This document shows positions 26,224-35,495 of a stretch of DNA of 64,000 nucleotides, in pieces. This DNA is from Halioglobus sp. (lineage in GTDB: Bacteria > Pseudomonadota > Gammaproteobacteria > Pseudomonadales > Halieaceae), in NCBI GenBank assembly GCA_041688425.1, contig JBDNIE010000365.1, positions 746-64,745 of the forward strand. The letters are read 5' to 3'. Both the position numbers and the translations under genes were made by a program. The notes under the pieces were generated by a model that was not told the origin of the DNA, searched no databases, and saw nothing but the letters and a program-made list of their open reading frames with translations. How positions within the stretch are numbered: the first letter of the stretch is position 1; each line of letters opens with the position of its first letter.

Positions 26224-28029
26224 ATGGTAGAAAAGGTATTGCGCATTGGCGGCTCCAGTGGCTTCTGGGGCGACGCCGCGCGGGCCACGCCGCAACTGCT
26301 GAACGTTCCCGGCCTAGATTACATCGTGTACGACTATCTCGCCGAGATCACCATGTCTATCATGGCCAGAGCGCGCGCCAAGGACGAGAGCAAGGGCTAT
26401 GCGCATGACTTTGTCAACGCGGCTATGGCGCCCAACCTGAGCCTGATTACCGAGCGCGGCATCAAGGTGATCTCCAATGCCGGTGGCGTTAATCCCGAAG
26501 CATGCGTGGCGGCATTGCGTGCGCTCATTGCTGAGCAGGGCCTGAACCTGCGGGTGGCCTGCGTAACGGGCGATGACCTGATTGACAGCGCAGAGTCTCT
26601 GAATGCTGCGGGCATTACTGAAATGTTCTCGGACTCGCCCTTTCCCCCTTTAGACAAAATACTCAGCATCAATGCCTACCTCGGTGCGTTTCCGATTGCC
26701 CGCGCGCTGGAACTGGGCGCAGACATTGTGGTGACCGGGCGCTGCGTCGACAGCGCCGTCACGCTCGGCGCTTGCATCCATGCGTTCGGCTGGGGCCGGA
26801 ATGATCTCGACCAACTGGCGATGGGCTCTCTGGCCGGCCATATCCTGGAATGCGGGCCGCAAGCTACCGGGGGCAACTTCACCGACTGGGAGCAGGTGAC
26901 GGGTCTCGCGAATATTGGATACCCAATCGCGGAAGTTGCGCCCGATGGCAGCTTTGTGTGCACCAAGCCGGATAATACCGGCGGCCTCGTTACCGTGGGC
27001 ACGGTGAGTGAGCAAATGCTCTACGAGATCGGCGATCCGCAGGCCTATTTACTGCCGGACGTCGTGTGTGATTTTTCTACCGTCCACATCGAACAGATCG
27101 CTGATAACCGCGTGCAGGTGTCCGGTGCCAAAGGAAGAACAGCGCCCGCCACCTACAAAGTTAGTGCAACCTATGCCGATCAATTTCGCGGTGGTACCTA
27201 TATGAGTTTTTACGGTATCGATGCCGACCGAAAGGCCCGCGCGCTCGGTGAGGCCGTATTTGAAGCGGCCTCTGCGGCACTCACTGCGTTCAGCCTGCCG
27301 AATTTTAGTGAGACCAGCATCGAGTTGATGGGCACCGAGTGCCAGTACGGCGCCTTCAGCGAAATCACCAGCAGTCGTGAAGTCGTGATGAAAATCGCCG
27401 CCAAGCATCCGGACGCTGTCGGTATCGGCGTTCTGCTCAAGGAAGCTGTTGGCCTCGGCCTTGCCACTCCGCCGGGGCTATCAGGATTTGCCGGCAGTCG
27501 CCCCGGCCCCTCGCCCGTGGTACGGCTGTTTTCCTGTACCGTGCCCAAATGTGACGTGCAGATAACCGTATTGCTGGGAGATGAAAGGGTCTCATGCGAC
27601 GAAGTGTATGGTGAGGCTCTGGATGCCAACGCGATACTGCGTCCCGCTGCGCTGTCTGTCGATACTGGCGAAGCGATGGTCGAAGTCCCTCTCATCGCAC
27701 TCGCCTGGGGTCGCAGTGGCGACAAAGGCAACAAAGCCAATATCGGAATCATCGCGCGCCGGCCTGAATACCTGCCCTATATCTGCGCTGCGCTGACCGC
27801 AGAGGTGGTGCGTGAACGTTTCGCCCATTTCCTCGCAGGCACTTCAAAGAACGACGTCGAGCGCTTCCTATTACCCGGCGCCAATGCCCTGAATTTCCTG
27901 CTGCACGATGTGCTCGGCGGCGGCGGCGTGGCCAGCTTGCGCAACGATTCTCAGGGCAAAGGTTACGCACAGTTACTCTTGTGTTGCCCTATTCCTGTAT
28001 CAGCGACTATTGCGGAGAGCCTGTCATGA
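26224..28029 (+). CDS. acyclic terpene utilisation AtuA-family protein (DUF1446)
   Basis: VLRIGGSSGFWGD N-terminus and overall 600-aa architecture of AtuA-type proteins. Followed by carboxylase subunits, as in atu clusters. Confidence 0.8.
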   Translation: MVEKVLRIGGSSGFWGDAARATPQLLNVPGLDYIVYDYLAEITMSIMARARAKDESKGYAHDFVNAAMAPNLSLITERGIKVISNAGGVNPEACVAALRALIAEQGLNLRVACVTGDDLIDSAESLNAAGITEMFSDSPFPPLDKILSINAYLGAFPIARALELGADIVVTGRCVDSAVTLGACIHAFGWGRNDLDQLAMGSLAGHILECGPQATGGNFTDWEQVTGLANIGYPIAEVAPDGSFVCTKPDNTGGLVTVGTVSEQMLYEIGDPQAYLLPDVVCDFSTVHIEQIADNRVQVSGAKGRTAPATYKVSATYADQFRGGTYMSFYGIDADRKARALGEAVFEAASAALTAFSLPNFSETSIELMGTECQYGAFSEITSSREVVMKIAAKHPDAVGIGVLLKEAVGLGLATPPGLSGFAGSRPGPSPVVRLFSCTVPKCDVQITVLLGDERVSCDEVYGEALDANAILRPAALSVDTGEAMVEVPLIALAWGRSGDKGNKANIGIIARRPEYLPYICAALTAEVVRERFAHFLAGTSKNDVERFLLPGANALNFLLHDVLGGGGVASLRNDSQGKGYAQLLLCCPIPVSATIAESLS

Positions 28030-29648
28030 CGGTGTTTCACTCGAAGATCAACATCAACTCCGAGGGCTATGCAAAGAATCGCCGGGAGATGCTGCAACTG
28101 ATTGACCAGTTGCAGGCATTGAATGCACGCGGCGCAATGATTTCCGAAAAACGCAAATCACGCTTTGAGTCGCGTGGCCAGTTGACTCCCCGCGAACGCC
28201 TCGCTCGCCTGCTCGACCCCGGCATGCCCTTCCTGACTGTGGGCAATCTGGCCGGCTATCTGCTAGACAGCCCGGACCCGGAAAAGTCGATTCCCGGCTC
28301 GACTATCGTCTCCGGCATCGGCTTTATCAGCGGTGTGCGCTGCATGGTGGTGGTGGATGACAGCGGCATCATGGCGGGCACACTGACGTCTGCCGGTGGT
28401 TATCGAGTGCGCCGCTGCGAGGAAATTGCACTTGCGCAGAAACTGCCGTTCGTGCACCTGGTAGAAAGCGCTGGCGGTGACCTGATCAATTACACGGTGG
28501 AAGCTTTTTCTCAGGGCGGCATGCTCTTTGGCAACCTGGCCAAACTGAGCAAGGCCGGGATTCCAGTCATATCCATACTGCACGGCTCCTCTACGGCGGG
28601 CGGTGCGTACATGCCAGGCCTGAGCGATTACGTGATTGCGGTGAAAGACAACGGTCGCGCCTTTCTGGCTGGGCCACCCCTGCTGAAAGCGGCCACCGGC
28701 GAGATCGCCACCGAGGAAGAACTCGGTGGCGCCGAAATGCACGCATCTGTTTCCGGTCTGGCGGAATATCTCGCGGAGAACGACGGGCATGCGGTACAAA
28801 TGTGTCGGGAGTTGCTCCACAGGCTGCAGTGGAACAAGGATTGCGCGACCCCCAATCGACGCTCTTACCGCGAGCCGCTGTTTGACGCCGATGAACTGGC
28901 GGGCGTTATCCCCTGCGATTACCGCAATCCCTATGACATGCGTGAGTTGGTGGCTCGCATCGTGGATGGCTCCGACTTCATGGATTTCAAATCACGGTAT
29001 GGCGCCGCTACCGTTTGCATTCAGGCCGATATTTTTGGACTGCCCTGCGGCATTCTCGGTAACAACGGGCCTATCGATCCCGACGGCGCGACCAAGGCCA
29101 CCCAGTTCCTGCAGTTGTGCGACCAGTCAAACATCCCCGTGCTCTTCCTGCAGAACACTACGGGTTACATCGTGGGCACTAAATCAGAACGCGCGGGGAT
29201 GATCAAACACGGGTCGAAGATGATACAGGCGGTGCGCAATCTGGAAGTGCCGCGCATTACCCTGATGACCGGCGCCAGCTTCGGGGCCGGAAACTACGGC
29301 ATGTGCGGCCGGCATTTTGATCCCGATTTCCTGTACACATTTCCCAACGCCCGCACCGGCGTGATGGGCGGAGAGCAGGCGGCAAAAACCATGTCTGAAG
29401 TGGCGCGGGGCAAGGCTGCAGCCTTGGGCCAGGAAGCAGACGAGGAAGCGCTCGCCACACAGGAAGCCTTCCTCGCCAATATTTTCGACAGTCAGTCCAG
29501 CGCATTCTACACCTCGGGCCACCTGCTGGATGACGGCATGATTGACCCGCGCGACACCCGCAAAACACTGGGTTTTTTGCTGGAAACAGTGTGGGAGACC
29601 AGGCATCGCACCGTCCGGCCCAATAGCTTTGGCATTGCACGCATGTAG
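28026..29648 (+). CDS. acyl-CoA carboxylase carboxyltransferase (beta) subunit, geranyl-/methylcrotonyl-CoA carboxylase type (AtuC/LiuB-like)
   Basis: 540 aa with carboxyl-transferase motifs (SAGGDL, GSSTAGGAYMPG, GASFGAGNYGMCG). The ATG overlaps the AtuA stop (ATGA). Confidence 0.9.
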   Translation: MTVFHSKININSEGYAKNRREMLQLIDQLQALNARGAMISEKRKSRFESRGQLTPRERLARLLDPGMPFLTVGNLAGYLLDSPDPEKSIPGSTIVSGIGFISGVRCMVVVDDSGIMAGTLTSAGGYRVRRCEEIALAQKLPFVHLVESAGGDLINYTVEAFSQGGMLFGNLAKLSKAGIPVISILHGSSTAGGAYMPGLSDYVIAVKDNGRAFLAGPPLLKAATGEIATEEELGGAEMHASVSGLAEYLAENDGHAVQMCRELLHRLQWNKDCATPNRRSYREPLFDADELAGVIPCDYRNPYDMRELVARIVDGSDFMDFKSRYGAATVCIQADIFGLPCGILGNNGPIDPDGATKATQFLQLCDQSNIPVLFLQNTTGYIVGTKSERAGMIKHGSKMIQAVRNLEVPRITLMTGASFGAGNYGMCGRHFDPDFLYTFPNARTGVMGGEQAAKTMSEVARGKAAALGQEADEEALATQEAFLANIFDSQSSAFYTSGHLLDDGMIDPRDTRKTLGFLLETVWETRHRTVRPNSFGIARM

Positions 29649-29756
29649 ATAACTGTCCGAGTGAAGACACACCGAAGGACACCTACTTCAGTCCAAAAGT
29701 GGCGCATAGGCGCCAAAGCGAGTAGCGATTGAAGGGACCCTCTGAGCCTATAGAGG

Positions 29757-29816
29757 GTGGGACGGCCATCCGTGGGGCGGCCATCCGTGGGGCGGCCATC
29801 CGTGGGGTGGCCATCC
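29757..29816. repeat. tandem repeat, 4 x 15 bp (GTGGGRYGGCCATCC)
   Basis: Units at 29757-71, 29772-86, 29787-801 and 29802-16, read directly. Units 2 and 3 are identical; units 1 and 4 differ at one or two positions. Preceded by hairpin ACCCTCT-n8-AGAGGGT (29738-29759). Confidence 0.9.
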
Positions 29817-29837
29817 GCGAAGCAAGCCTACAAGGAG

Positions 29838-29902
29838 AGCCTGCCTCGCACAGCCCTAACCCTGTGACATTTAGTTCGCCGCCTAAGTACCACCTTTGGG
29901 CT
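29838..29902 (+). repeat. intergenic element copy B (core CCGCCTAAGTACCACCTTTGGGCT at 29879-29902)
   Basis: Ungapped alignment to 3485-3549 with roughly three quarters identical positions; 23 of 24 in the core. Confidence 0.6.
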
Positions 29903-29947
29903 TAACTGAGTACCATTTATAGCAGACCCCTTTTGGGAGAGGACAAG

Positions 29948-30757
29948 ATGACAGCTTTACCCACGACCAAGCATCTGATACTGGACCAGCAAGGCAGCGT
30001 GCTGACTATCTGGCTCAACCGGCCCGATGCCAAAAATTCCCTGTCAGTAGACATGGTTGATGAACTACATGCGGCACTGGACGCCGCAGCCATAGACACG
30101 TCATTACGCACATTGATCGTGCGCGGCAAGGGCGCTGTTTTTTGCGCCGGCGCCGACATCAAGGGCTTCAAAGCGGACTCTCAGGGTGGCGAGCAGAATG
30201 CAGAGGATGTCGCGCGCGGTAACCGCGCCTTCGGCGAGTTGATGATCAAGCTAAATGAGCAACCTCAGGCCGTGATTATGCTGGTGGAGGGTGCGGCGAT
30301 CGGCGGCGGACTTGGCCTGTGCTGCGTGGGTGATGTAACCATCGTAACGCGTGAGACAAAGTTTCGTCTTTCTGAGACCAGCTTGGGAATTCCGCCTGCG
30401 CAAATTGCACCCTTTGTCACCGAGCGTGTTGGCCTCACCCATGCGCGCCGCCTAATGCTGACCGGCGCGCGCTTCAAGGGCGAGGAAGCAGTGCAGTATG
30501 GCATCGGCCACATTCTGGCCGAGGACGCCGCCGACCTGGAGAACAAATGTGCTGAAGTACTGGCGCAGATAGCCCTGTGTGCACCCGGCGCCAATGCCAT
30601 GACCAAACGTATTGTGTTCGAAGCGACCCGAAGCCCGCGTTCGGATGCACTGGATTTCGCCTCGCGCGGTTTTGCTGCCTGCATGCTGAGCGAGGAGGGA
30701 CGCGAGGGGGTGTCTGCCTTCGTCGAAAAGCGCAAACCCCAATGGGCCGATGAATAA
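29948..30757 (+). CDS. enoyl-CoA hydratase (AtuE/LiuC-like)
   Basis: Crotonase motifs VRGKGAVFCAGADI and VEGAAIGGGLGL. ATG 29948 behind GGGAGAGGA. Confidence 0.85.
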   Translation: MTALPTTKHLILDQQGSVLTIWLNRPDAKNSLSVDMVDELHAALDAAAIDTSLRTLIVRGKGAVFCAGADIKGFKADSQGGEQNAEDVARGNRAFGELMIKLNEQPQAVIMLVEGAAIGGGLGLCCVGDVTIVTRETKFRLSETSLGIPPAQIAPFVTERVGLTHARRLMLTGARFKGEEAVQYGIGHILAEDAADLENKCAEVLAQIALCAPGANAMTKRIVFEATRSPRSDALDFASRGFAACMLSEEGREGVSAFVEKRKPQWADE

Positions 30758-30772
30758 GCCGTGGAGAACCCG

Positions 30773-32764
30773 ATGACACGATTTACCAGTATTCTGGTGG
30801 CGAATCGCGGTGAGATCGCCTGCCGGGTGATTCGCACCGCCAAAGCGCAGGGCTACCGCACCATCGCCGTTTTTTCCGATGCCGATACCAATGCGCCGCA
30901 CGTGCTGATGGCAGATGACGCGCTGCACATCGGCCCCAGCCCGGTGAACGAATCCTATCTCGTAGCGGACAATATTCTGGCAGCGGCCAAAGCCAGCGGC
31001 GCTGAGGCAATCCACCCGGGTTATGGGTTCCTCAGTGAGAACGCTGAATTCGCGCAAGCCTGTGCAGACGCAGGCCTGGTATTTATCGGCCCCAGCCCAA
31101 ACGCTATTGCGCTCATGGGCAACAAGGCGGAAGCCAAGCGCCGCATGATCGCGGCCAACGTGCCCTGTGTGCCCGGCTATGAGGGCGAGGACCAGAGCGA
31201 TGCCACGCTGCTGCAAGAAGGCGCGAAAATTGACTTGCCGCTGATGGTAAAAGCCGCAGCTGGCGGCGGCGGTCGCGGCATGCGCCTCGTGCGTAAAGCG
31301 GAAGAACTGGCCAACGCCATCAAACTGGCGCGTGCAGAAGCCTCCTCTGCGTTTGGTAATGACGAACTGATTCTGGAGAAGGCGATTCTGCGGCCGCGCC
31401 ATGTGGAGGTGCAGGTCTTCGGCGACAGCCACGGCACTATCGTGCACCTGGGAGAGCGGGATTGCTCGGTGCAGCGACGGCACCAGAAAGTGGTAGAAGA
31501 GGCACCCTGCCCGGTGATGACCGCAGCACTGCGCGATGAAATGGGCGCCACCGCTGTGGCAGCGGCAAAAAGCATAGACTATTGCGGGGCGGGCACGGTG
31601 GAGTTCCTACTGGATGAACAGGGTGCATTCTATTTCCTGGAAATGAACACACGCCTGCAGGTGGAGCACCCGGTGACTGAGTTGATAACCGGGCTGGACC
31701 TGGTCGCGCTGCAGCTTCAGGTAGCTCAGGGCGAGGCGCTGGGATTGACGCAAGACGATGTCACGCTGCGCGGCCACGCCATTGAAGTGCGTCTTTACAC
31801 CGAAGATCCCAGCCAGGACTTCTTGCCGACGTCGGGACCGCTTGACCTGTGGTCACCGCCCAGCGGCCCCGGCATCCGCGTGGACAGCGGCATCTGCAGC
31901 GGCCAGACAATTTCTCCTTTCTACGATCCAATGGTGGCCAAAATCATCGCCAGCGGGCCTACTCGGGACATCGCGCGCCTGCGTTTGATTGAGGCGCTCA
32001 AGGAAACCGTGTTGTTTGGCCCACGCCACAACCGGGACTTCCTTGTCGCCTGTTTGCAAAAGGATTGCTTTGCCAAGGGGCAAGCTACCACGGCTTTTAT
32101 CGACGAGGAATTTGCGGTGGGTGAAATTGCCGATCTGGAGCCGGCCTTCGCCGACAGCGCTGTCGCAGCCGTGCTGGAGCTGGCACTTGAGCATCGCGAG
32201 TTGCACGACAGCACTGTTATCGTGGCAACCGAATTGCGTGACTGGGCCAGCGCCAGCCCCTTGATCTCGCGCAAACAGTATATCCACGGTGAACGGGTGC
32301 ACGATCTGGCGGTTATGCCCGTAGGACGTTCTCGCTATCAGGTGTTCGATAACGGCAACAGCGCTGAGATAGAACTGCTCCTCATGGCAGACAGCACTGC
32401 GCAGGTGAAAATCGATGGTGTCCAGCATGTTGCGCGTTATCACTCCCCCCCAAAAGGCGACCTTTATCTGTCCATCGACGGGCGCGCGGCCCGGTACCAC
32501 GACATGATTCGTCTCGACGGCGCACGGGATCAGACGCGAGGTAATGGTCGAATTGCCGCACCCATGCACGGCCTCCTGCTTGAGGTGCGCGTCAAAGCCG
32601 GCGACAGTGTCGAAACAGGACAAACATTGGCCATACTGGAAGCGATGAAGATGCACTATGAGATAGTCGCGGACATTACAGGTGAGATCACCGAGGTTCT
32701 CGCGGCGGCGGGAACGCAGGTGGCTGCTGATGACCTGCTGATCGAAATTGAGATTGCACAGTAA
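30773..32764 (+). CDS. acyl-CoA carboxylase alpha subunit (biotin carboxylase + biotin carboxyl carrier domain; AtuF/LiuD-like)
   Basis: ILVANRGEIA, HPGYGFLSEN, EMNTRLQVEHPVTE, and the C-terminal biotinylation box LEAMKM. Confidence 0.9.
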   Translation: MTRFTSILVANRGEIACRVIRTAKAQGYRTIAVFSDADTNAPHVLMADDALHIGPSPVNESYLVADNILAAAKASGAEAIHPGYGFLSENAEFAQACADAGLVFIGPSPNAIALMGNKAEAKRRMIAANVPCVPGYEGEDQSDATLLQEGAKIDLPLMVKAAAGGGGRGMRLVRKAEELANAIKLARAEASSAFGNDELILEKAILRPRHVEVQVFGDSHGTIVHLGERDCSVQRRHQKVVEEAPCPVMTAALRDEMGATAVAAAKSIDYCGAGTVEFLLDEQGAFYFLEMNTRLQVEHPVTELITGLDLVALQLQVAQGEALGLTQDDVTLRGHAIEVRLYTEDPSQDFLPTSGPLDLWSPPSGPGIRVDSGICSGQTISPFYDPMVAKIIASGPTRDIARLRLIEALKETVLFGPRHNRDFLVACLQKDCFAKGQATTAFIDEEFAVGEIADLEPAFADSAVAAVLELALEHRELHDSTVIVATELRDWASASPLISRKQYIHGERVHDLAVMPVGRSRYQVFDNGNSAEIELLLMADSTAQVKIDGVQHVARYHSPPKGDLYLSIDGRAARYHDMIRLDGARDQTRGNGRIAAPMHGLLLEVRVKAGDSVETGQTLAILEAMKMHYEIVADITGEITEVLAAAGTQVAADDLLIEIEIAQ

Positions 32765-32804
32765 CAATAAACCAGAAGCATCAATCAACCAGCGGGCTGT
32801 ATTG

Positions 32805-33044
32805 TCATAGCTCTCCCTCTTTGCAGTGACAGTCCCCTACCTTTGCAGGAGTCCTGCTCCCAAACCTGATGCCACTTCGAACCCTCGGCGCATGGTACTC
32901 GCCTTGCTTGCCTTCAACGGCGCAGTAGTTCTGGCAATCTTTCTCCTCAGAGAACAGCCACATCTGGGCCACCGCTCCTGCCAGCAGAAGCAGCGTCAGC
33001 CAAAATGCGATCTGGAATACATAGGCTCCAGTTCGCCGCTTCAT
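32805..33044 (-). CDS. hypothetical small membrane-anchored Cys-containing protein
   Basis: 79-aa ORF with one N-terminal TM segment (VFQIAFWLTLLLLAGAVAQMWLF). No family recognised. Confidence 0.3.
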   Translation of the reverse strand: MKRRTGAYVFQIAFWLTLLLLAGAVAQMWLFSEEKDCQNYCAVEGKQGEYHAPRVRSGIRFGSRTPAKVGDCHCKEGEL

Positions 33045-33143
33045 GTCATGACCGCAATGTCACAGCGGGACCACAGCGCTCAGACCGCAAGGGCTGCCAG
33101 CTCTGTGGCCAGTATTCCCGGGCTGGCACCCAAGACATGCTGG

Positions 33144-33443
33144 CTATAAGTATCCAGTGCCGCAATTCCAACAAAACTCAAACGATTCGTCATTTTCCTC
33201 ATCGCACTTTTTGCATACCCAGGACGCAGCTGTTTTATCGCTGATCGCACCCTCCAACACCCGGCATGCCCTATCGTAGTCGCTATCGTTGACGACCCAA
33301 AGTTGCACCCACGAATCGAAGGGAGACACCTCGCCAATTGCACTGGATGCATATTCATTCTTCACAAATATTTTGAAGTCATAGGACTCCAGAATATTTC
33401 TGGCATTGCCAACGATAAAACGATTGGCATTTGTATAAACCAT
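33144..33443 (-). CDS. DUF2007-like protein with C-terminal zinc ribbon
   Basis: WVCKKCDEENDESFEFCWNCG (CxxC..CxxC). Start taken at Met21. Confidence 0.6.
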   Translation of the reverse strand: MVYTNANRFIVGNARNILESYDFKIFVKNEYASSAIGEVSPFDSWVQLWVVNDSDYDRACRVLEGAISDKTAASWVCKKCDEENDESFEFCWNCGTGYL

Positions 33444-33521
33444 TCTCACTGCAAACCACTCACGTCGTTGGCAAATGCGGAGTGGCCTACCGTGAGACAC
33501 CACTGATTATGGCAGGAAGGA

Positions 33522-33935
33522 CTAAACATCGGGTAGCCCATCGAACTTCGGGATGTGATTATCAATCGAGACCCATGGTAGTTTTTCTGCACAAAATACC
33601 TGTAGCTGGGCCGGAAAGTCTTCCGGATTCTTAAGTGACCCCAGAGCTAGCTGGGCTTCCAGCGGCACTGCGTCTGATCGATAGACGATTGGCGAACCGC
33701 AATTTCCACAGAAAGACCGAGTAACACCCGGTGACGACGGGTAATCACACAGCTGTCCTTTTGTAAGAGTAAATCCGCTTATAGGAAAAGAAACAAAGGT
33801 AGCAACAGCAGCGCCGCTGATTTGCCGGCATGTATTACAGTGACAGTGGCTCGACCAATTGGGCTCGCCACTGACTGAATACTCCACAGCTCCGCACAGG
33901 CATTGTCCACATGTGATCATATTAGGCTCGAGCAT
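33522..33935 (-). CDS. GFA (glutathione-dependent formaldehyde-activating / CENP-V) family protein
   Basis: Cys pattern CGQCLCGAV..CHCNTCRQ..FCGNCGSP typical of the GFA zinc sites. Confidence 0.8.
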   Translation of the reverse strand: MLEPNMITCGQCLCGAVEYSVSGEPNWSSHCHCNTCRQISGAAVATFVSFPISGFTLTKGQLCDYPSSPGVTRSFCGNCGSPIVYRSDAVPLEAQLALGSLKNPEDFPAQLQVFCAEKLPWVSIDNHIPKFDGLPDV

Positions 33936-33937
33936 CT

Positions 33938-34432
33938 CTATCCTGAATGAACTGCGCGCTGCACAATTTCTCTGCGTCTATCCGTATCCTCAATGCTCTC
34001 AATTGCCTGTATTCTCTTCAAGTACGATAGCGGGACCTGTATTTCTCTCGCGCCGACCACCACATGATTCAAATACCATGAATAAGGCTTGAGGCTAGAT
34101 TCAATCCTGATCGCACTATAGGTTATCGCTTCAAACATCACGCCTTCAGCAGATCGGACGCTTACCACCCTTTGATCATAGCCCAAGCCCAAACCTTCGA
34201 TCACATCCAGCGCCTGCTTTTCGCGCGCAGTGATCTCAAAGAGTGCTCCCATTACGATGTCATTACTACTCGCTGTTCTATAGGCGTCACATTTTCCCGA
34301 GCCATCGTCACTCTGCATATGGAAACGTAAATCATGCCCTTCCAACAGGCACAAACCCAGCCTGATGGCGCCCGGAATGCGTGCTCGCAACCTGGCCAGT
34401 GACATATTTGATCCATAGGCAAAGTACTTCAT
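33938..34432 (-). CDS. gamma-glutamylcyclotransferase (AIG2/GGCT-like) family protein
   Basis: N-terminal YFAYGSNM signature. Confidence 0.8.
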   Translation of the reverse strand: MKYFAYGSNMSLARLRARIPGAIRLGLCLLEGHDLRFHMQSDDGSGKCDAYRTASSNDIVMGALFEITAREKQALDVIEGLGLGYDQRVVSVRSAEGVMFEAITYSAIRIESSLKPYSWYLNHVVVGAREIQVPLSYLKRIQAIESIEDTDRRREIVQRAVHSG

Positions 34433-34436
34433 GCTT

Positions 34437-34769
34437 CTACTGGTCTATGCCGCGCTCTTTACGCGCATCGCTGACACCCCCGGAATTGACAACATTGGTA
34501 TAGCCAGCGTCTTCGAGCGATACCTTTGCTTTATCCGCCCTGCCACCACTTTGGCAGTACAAATGAATCTCCGTTGTTTTGTCAGGATAGAGTCTGGCGA
34601 CCTCCTCGGCGATATCCGCGTAAGCAATATGAACATCACCTTCAATATTATTCAAAGAATGCTCTACGGAACTTCGCACGTCTATCCACACCGTCTCCGC
34701 ATAGGACAGCTGGCTCAGCATGATGGCCATTGACACCAAAGCGATTTTTACAAGGGATTCCAATTTCAT
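34437..34769 (-). CDS. secreted single-domain rhodanese-like sulfurtransferase
   Basis: Signal peptide MKLESLVKIALVSMAIMLSQLSYA and active-site loop YCQSGGRA. Confidence 0.8.
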   Translation of the reverse strand: MKLESLVKIALVSMAIMLSQLSYAETVWIDVRSSVEHSLNNIEGDVHIAYADIAEEVARLYPDKTTEIHLYCQSGGRADKAKVSLEDAGYTNVVNSGGVSDARKERGIDQ

Positions 34770-35222
34770 AGCACTGCACCTCTCTATTTGTTAATGATTG
34801 AGCACGTAAGCCTGCTTGCACCCCAGGAGTAGCAGAGTAACAAAAAAAGAAAGAATGAGAGTAAAGGATCGCGCTGATCCCTTCTGGAGAATCTAGACTG
34901 TATAGCTGGCCGTCATGCCGAACTCACGACCCGGAAAGTGCAGGCCCTGTTCAATAAACGCTACCGACAGGTCGACGAACACCACCACGCTCTGCGGGGA
35001 ATTGACCGCGAAAAAACCCGGACCTACACCACGCAATTGAGTAGACGCTGATAGAGATGAGGACATCCTACAGAATCTGTTCACGCTTCTGGGCCGTGAG
35101 CACATCAGATTTGGATAGAGGTTCAGTGCCTGACAGCGTAAACTGACAACCCTCCTGTTCGAGCCTGTCGATAAGGCTGGTATACATAAAAAGCACTCAC
35201 CGGCTTCAGGGAGTTACGAAAC

Positions 35223-35495
35223 GTGGACTGGAAGATTTTCCTGACAATTTTTGCCGCCGTTTTTATCGCCGAATTGGGTGATAAAACACAGCTGGCCACC
35301 ATGCTGTTTGCCGCTGACAAGGAGGTGAACAAGTACACGGTGTTTCTCGCGGCATCCGCGGCATTGGTGGTTGCCTCTGCAATCGGGGTGCTGGCGGGCA
35401 GCCTGCTTGCGGAATATATCAATACGCGATACCTGCAATACATCGCGGGTGTCGGTTTTATCGGCATTGGAATCTTCACTTTGTACAATGCGTAG
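35223..35495 (+). CDS. UPF0016 (GDT1/TMEM165) family cation transporter, single-repeat half-size protein
   Basis: ELGDKTQ signature (E-x-G-D-K-T) in TM1; 90 aa with three TM segments; GTG start. Confidence 0.8.
   Translation: MDWKIFLTIFAAVFIAELGDKTQLATMLFAADKEVNKYTVFLAASAALVVASAIGVLAGSLLAEYINTRYLQYIAGVGFIGIGIFTLYNA

Noticed and set aside
29757-29816. The tandem 15-mers as a possible CRISPR array.
   Set aside because: The units are directly abutting with no spacers and are only 15 bp long. No cas genes are present in the window.
34893-35105. 70-aa minus-strand ORF ending ...GREFGMTASYTV.
   Set aside because: It has no RBS and no recognisable family, and its N-terminal half is Ser/Arg-rich. 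It may be a relic of an outer-membrane-protein C-terminus, but this cannot be supported from sequence alone.
35106-35222. A manganese (yybP-ykoY) riboswitch upstream of the UPF0016 gene.
   Set aside because: I could not find the conserved GGGGAGUAG-type core or a convincing four-way junction by eye. An Infernal scan would be needed to be certain.
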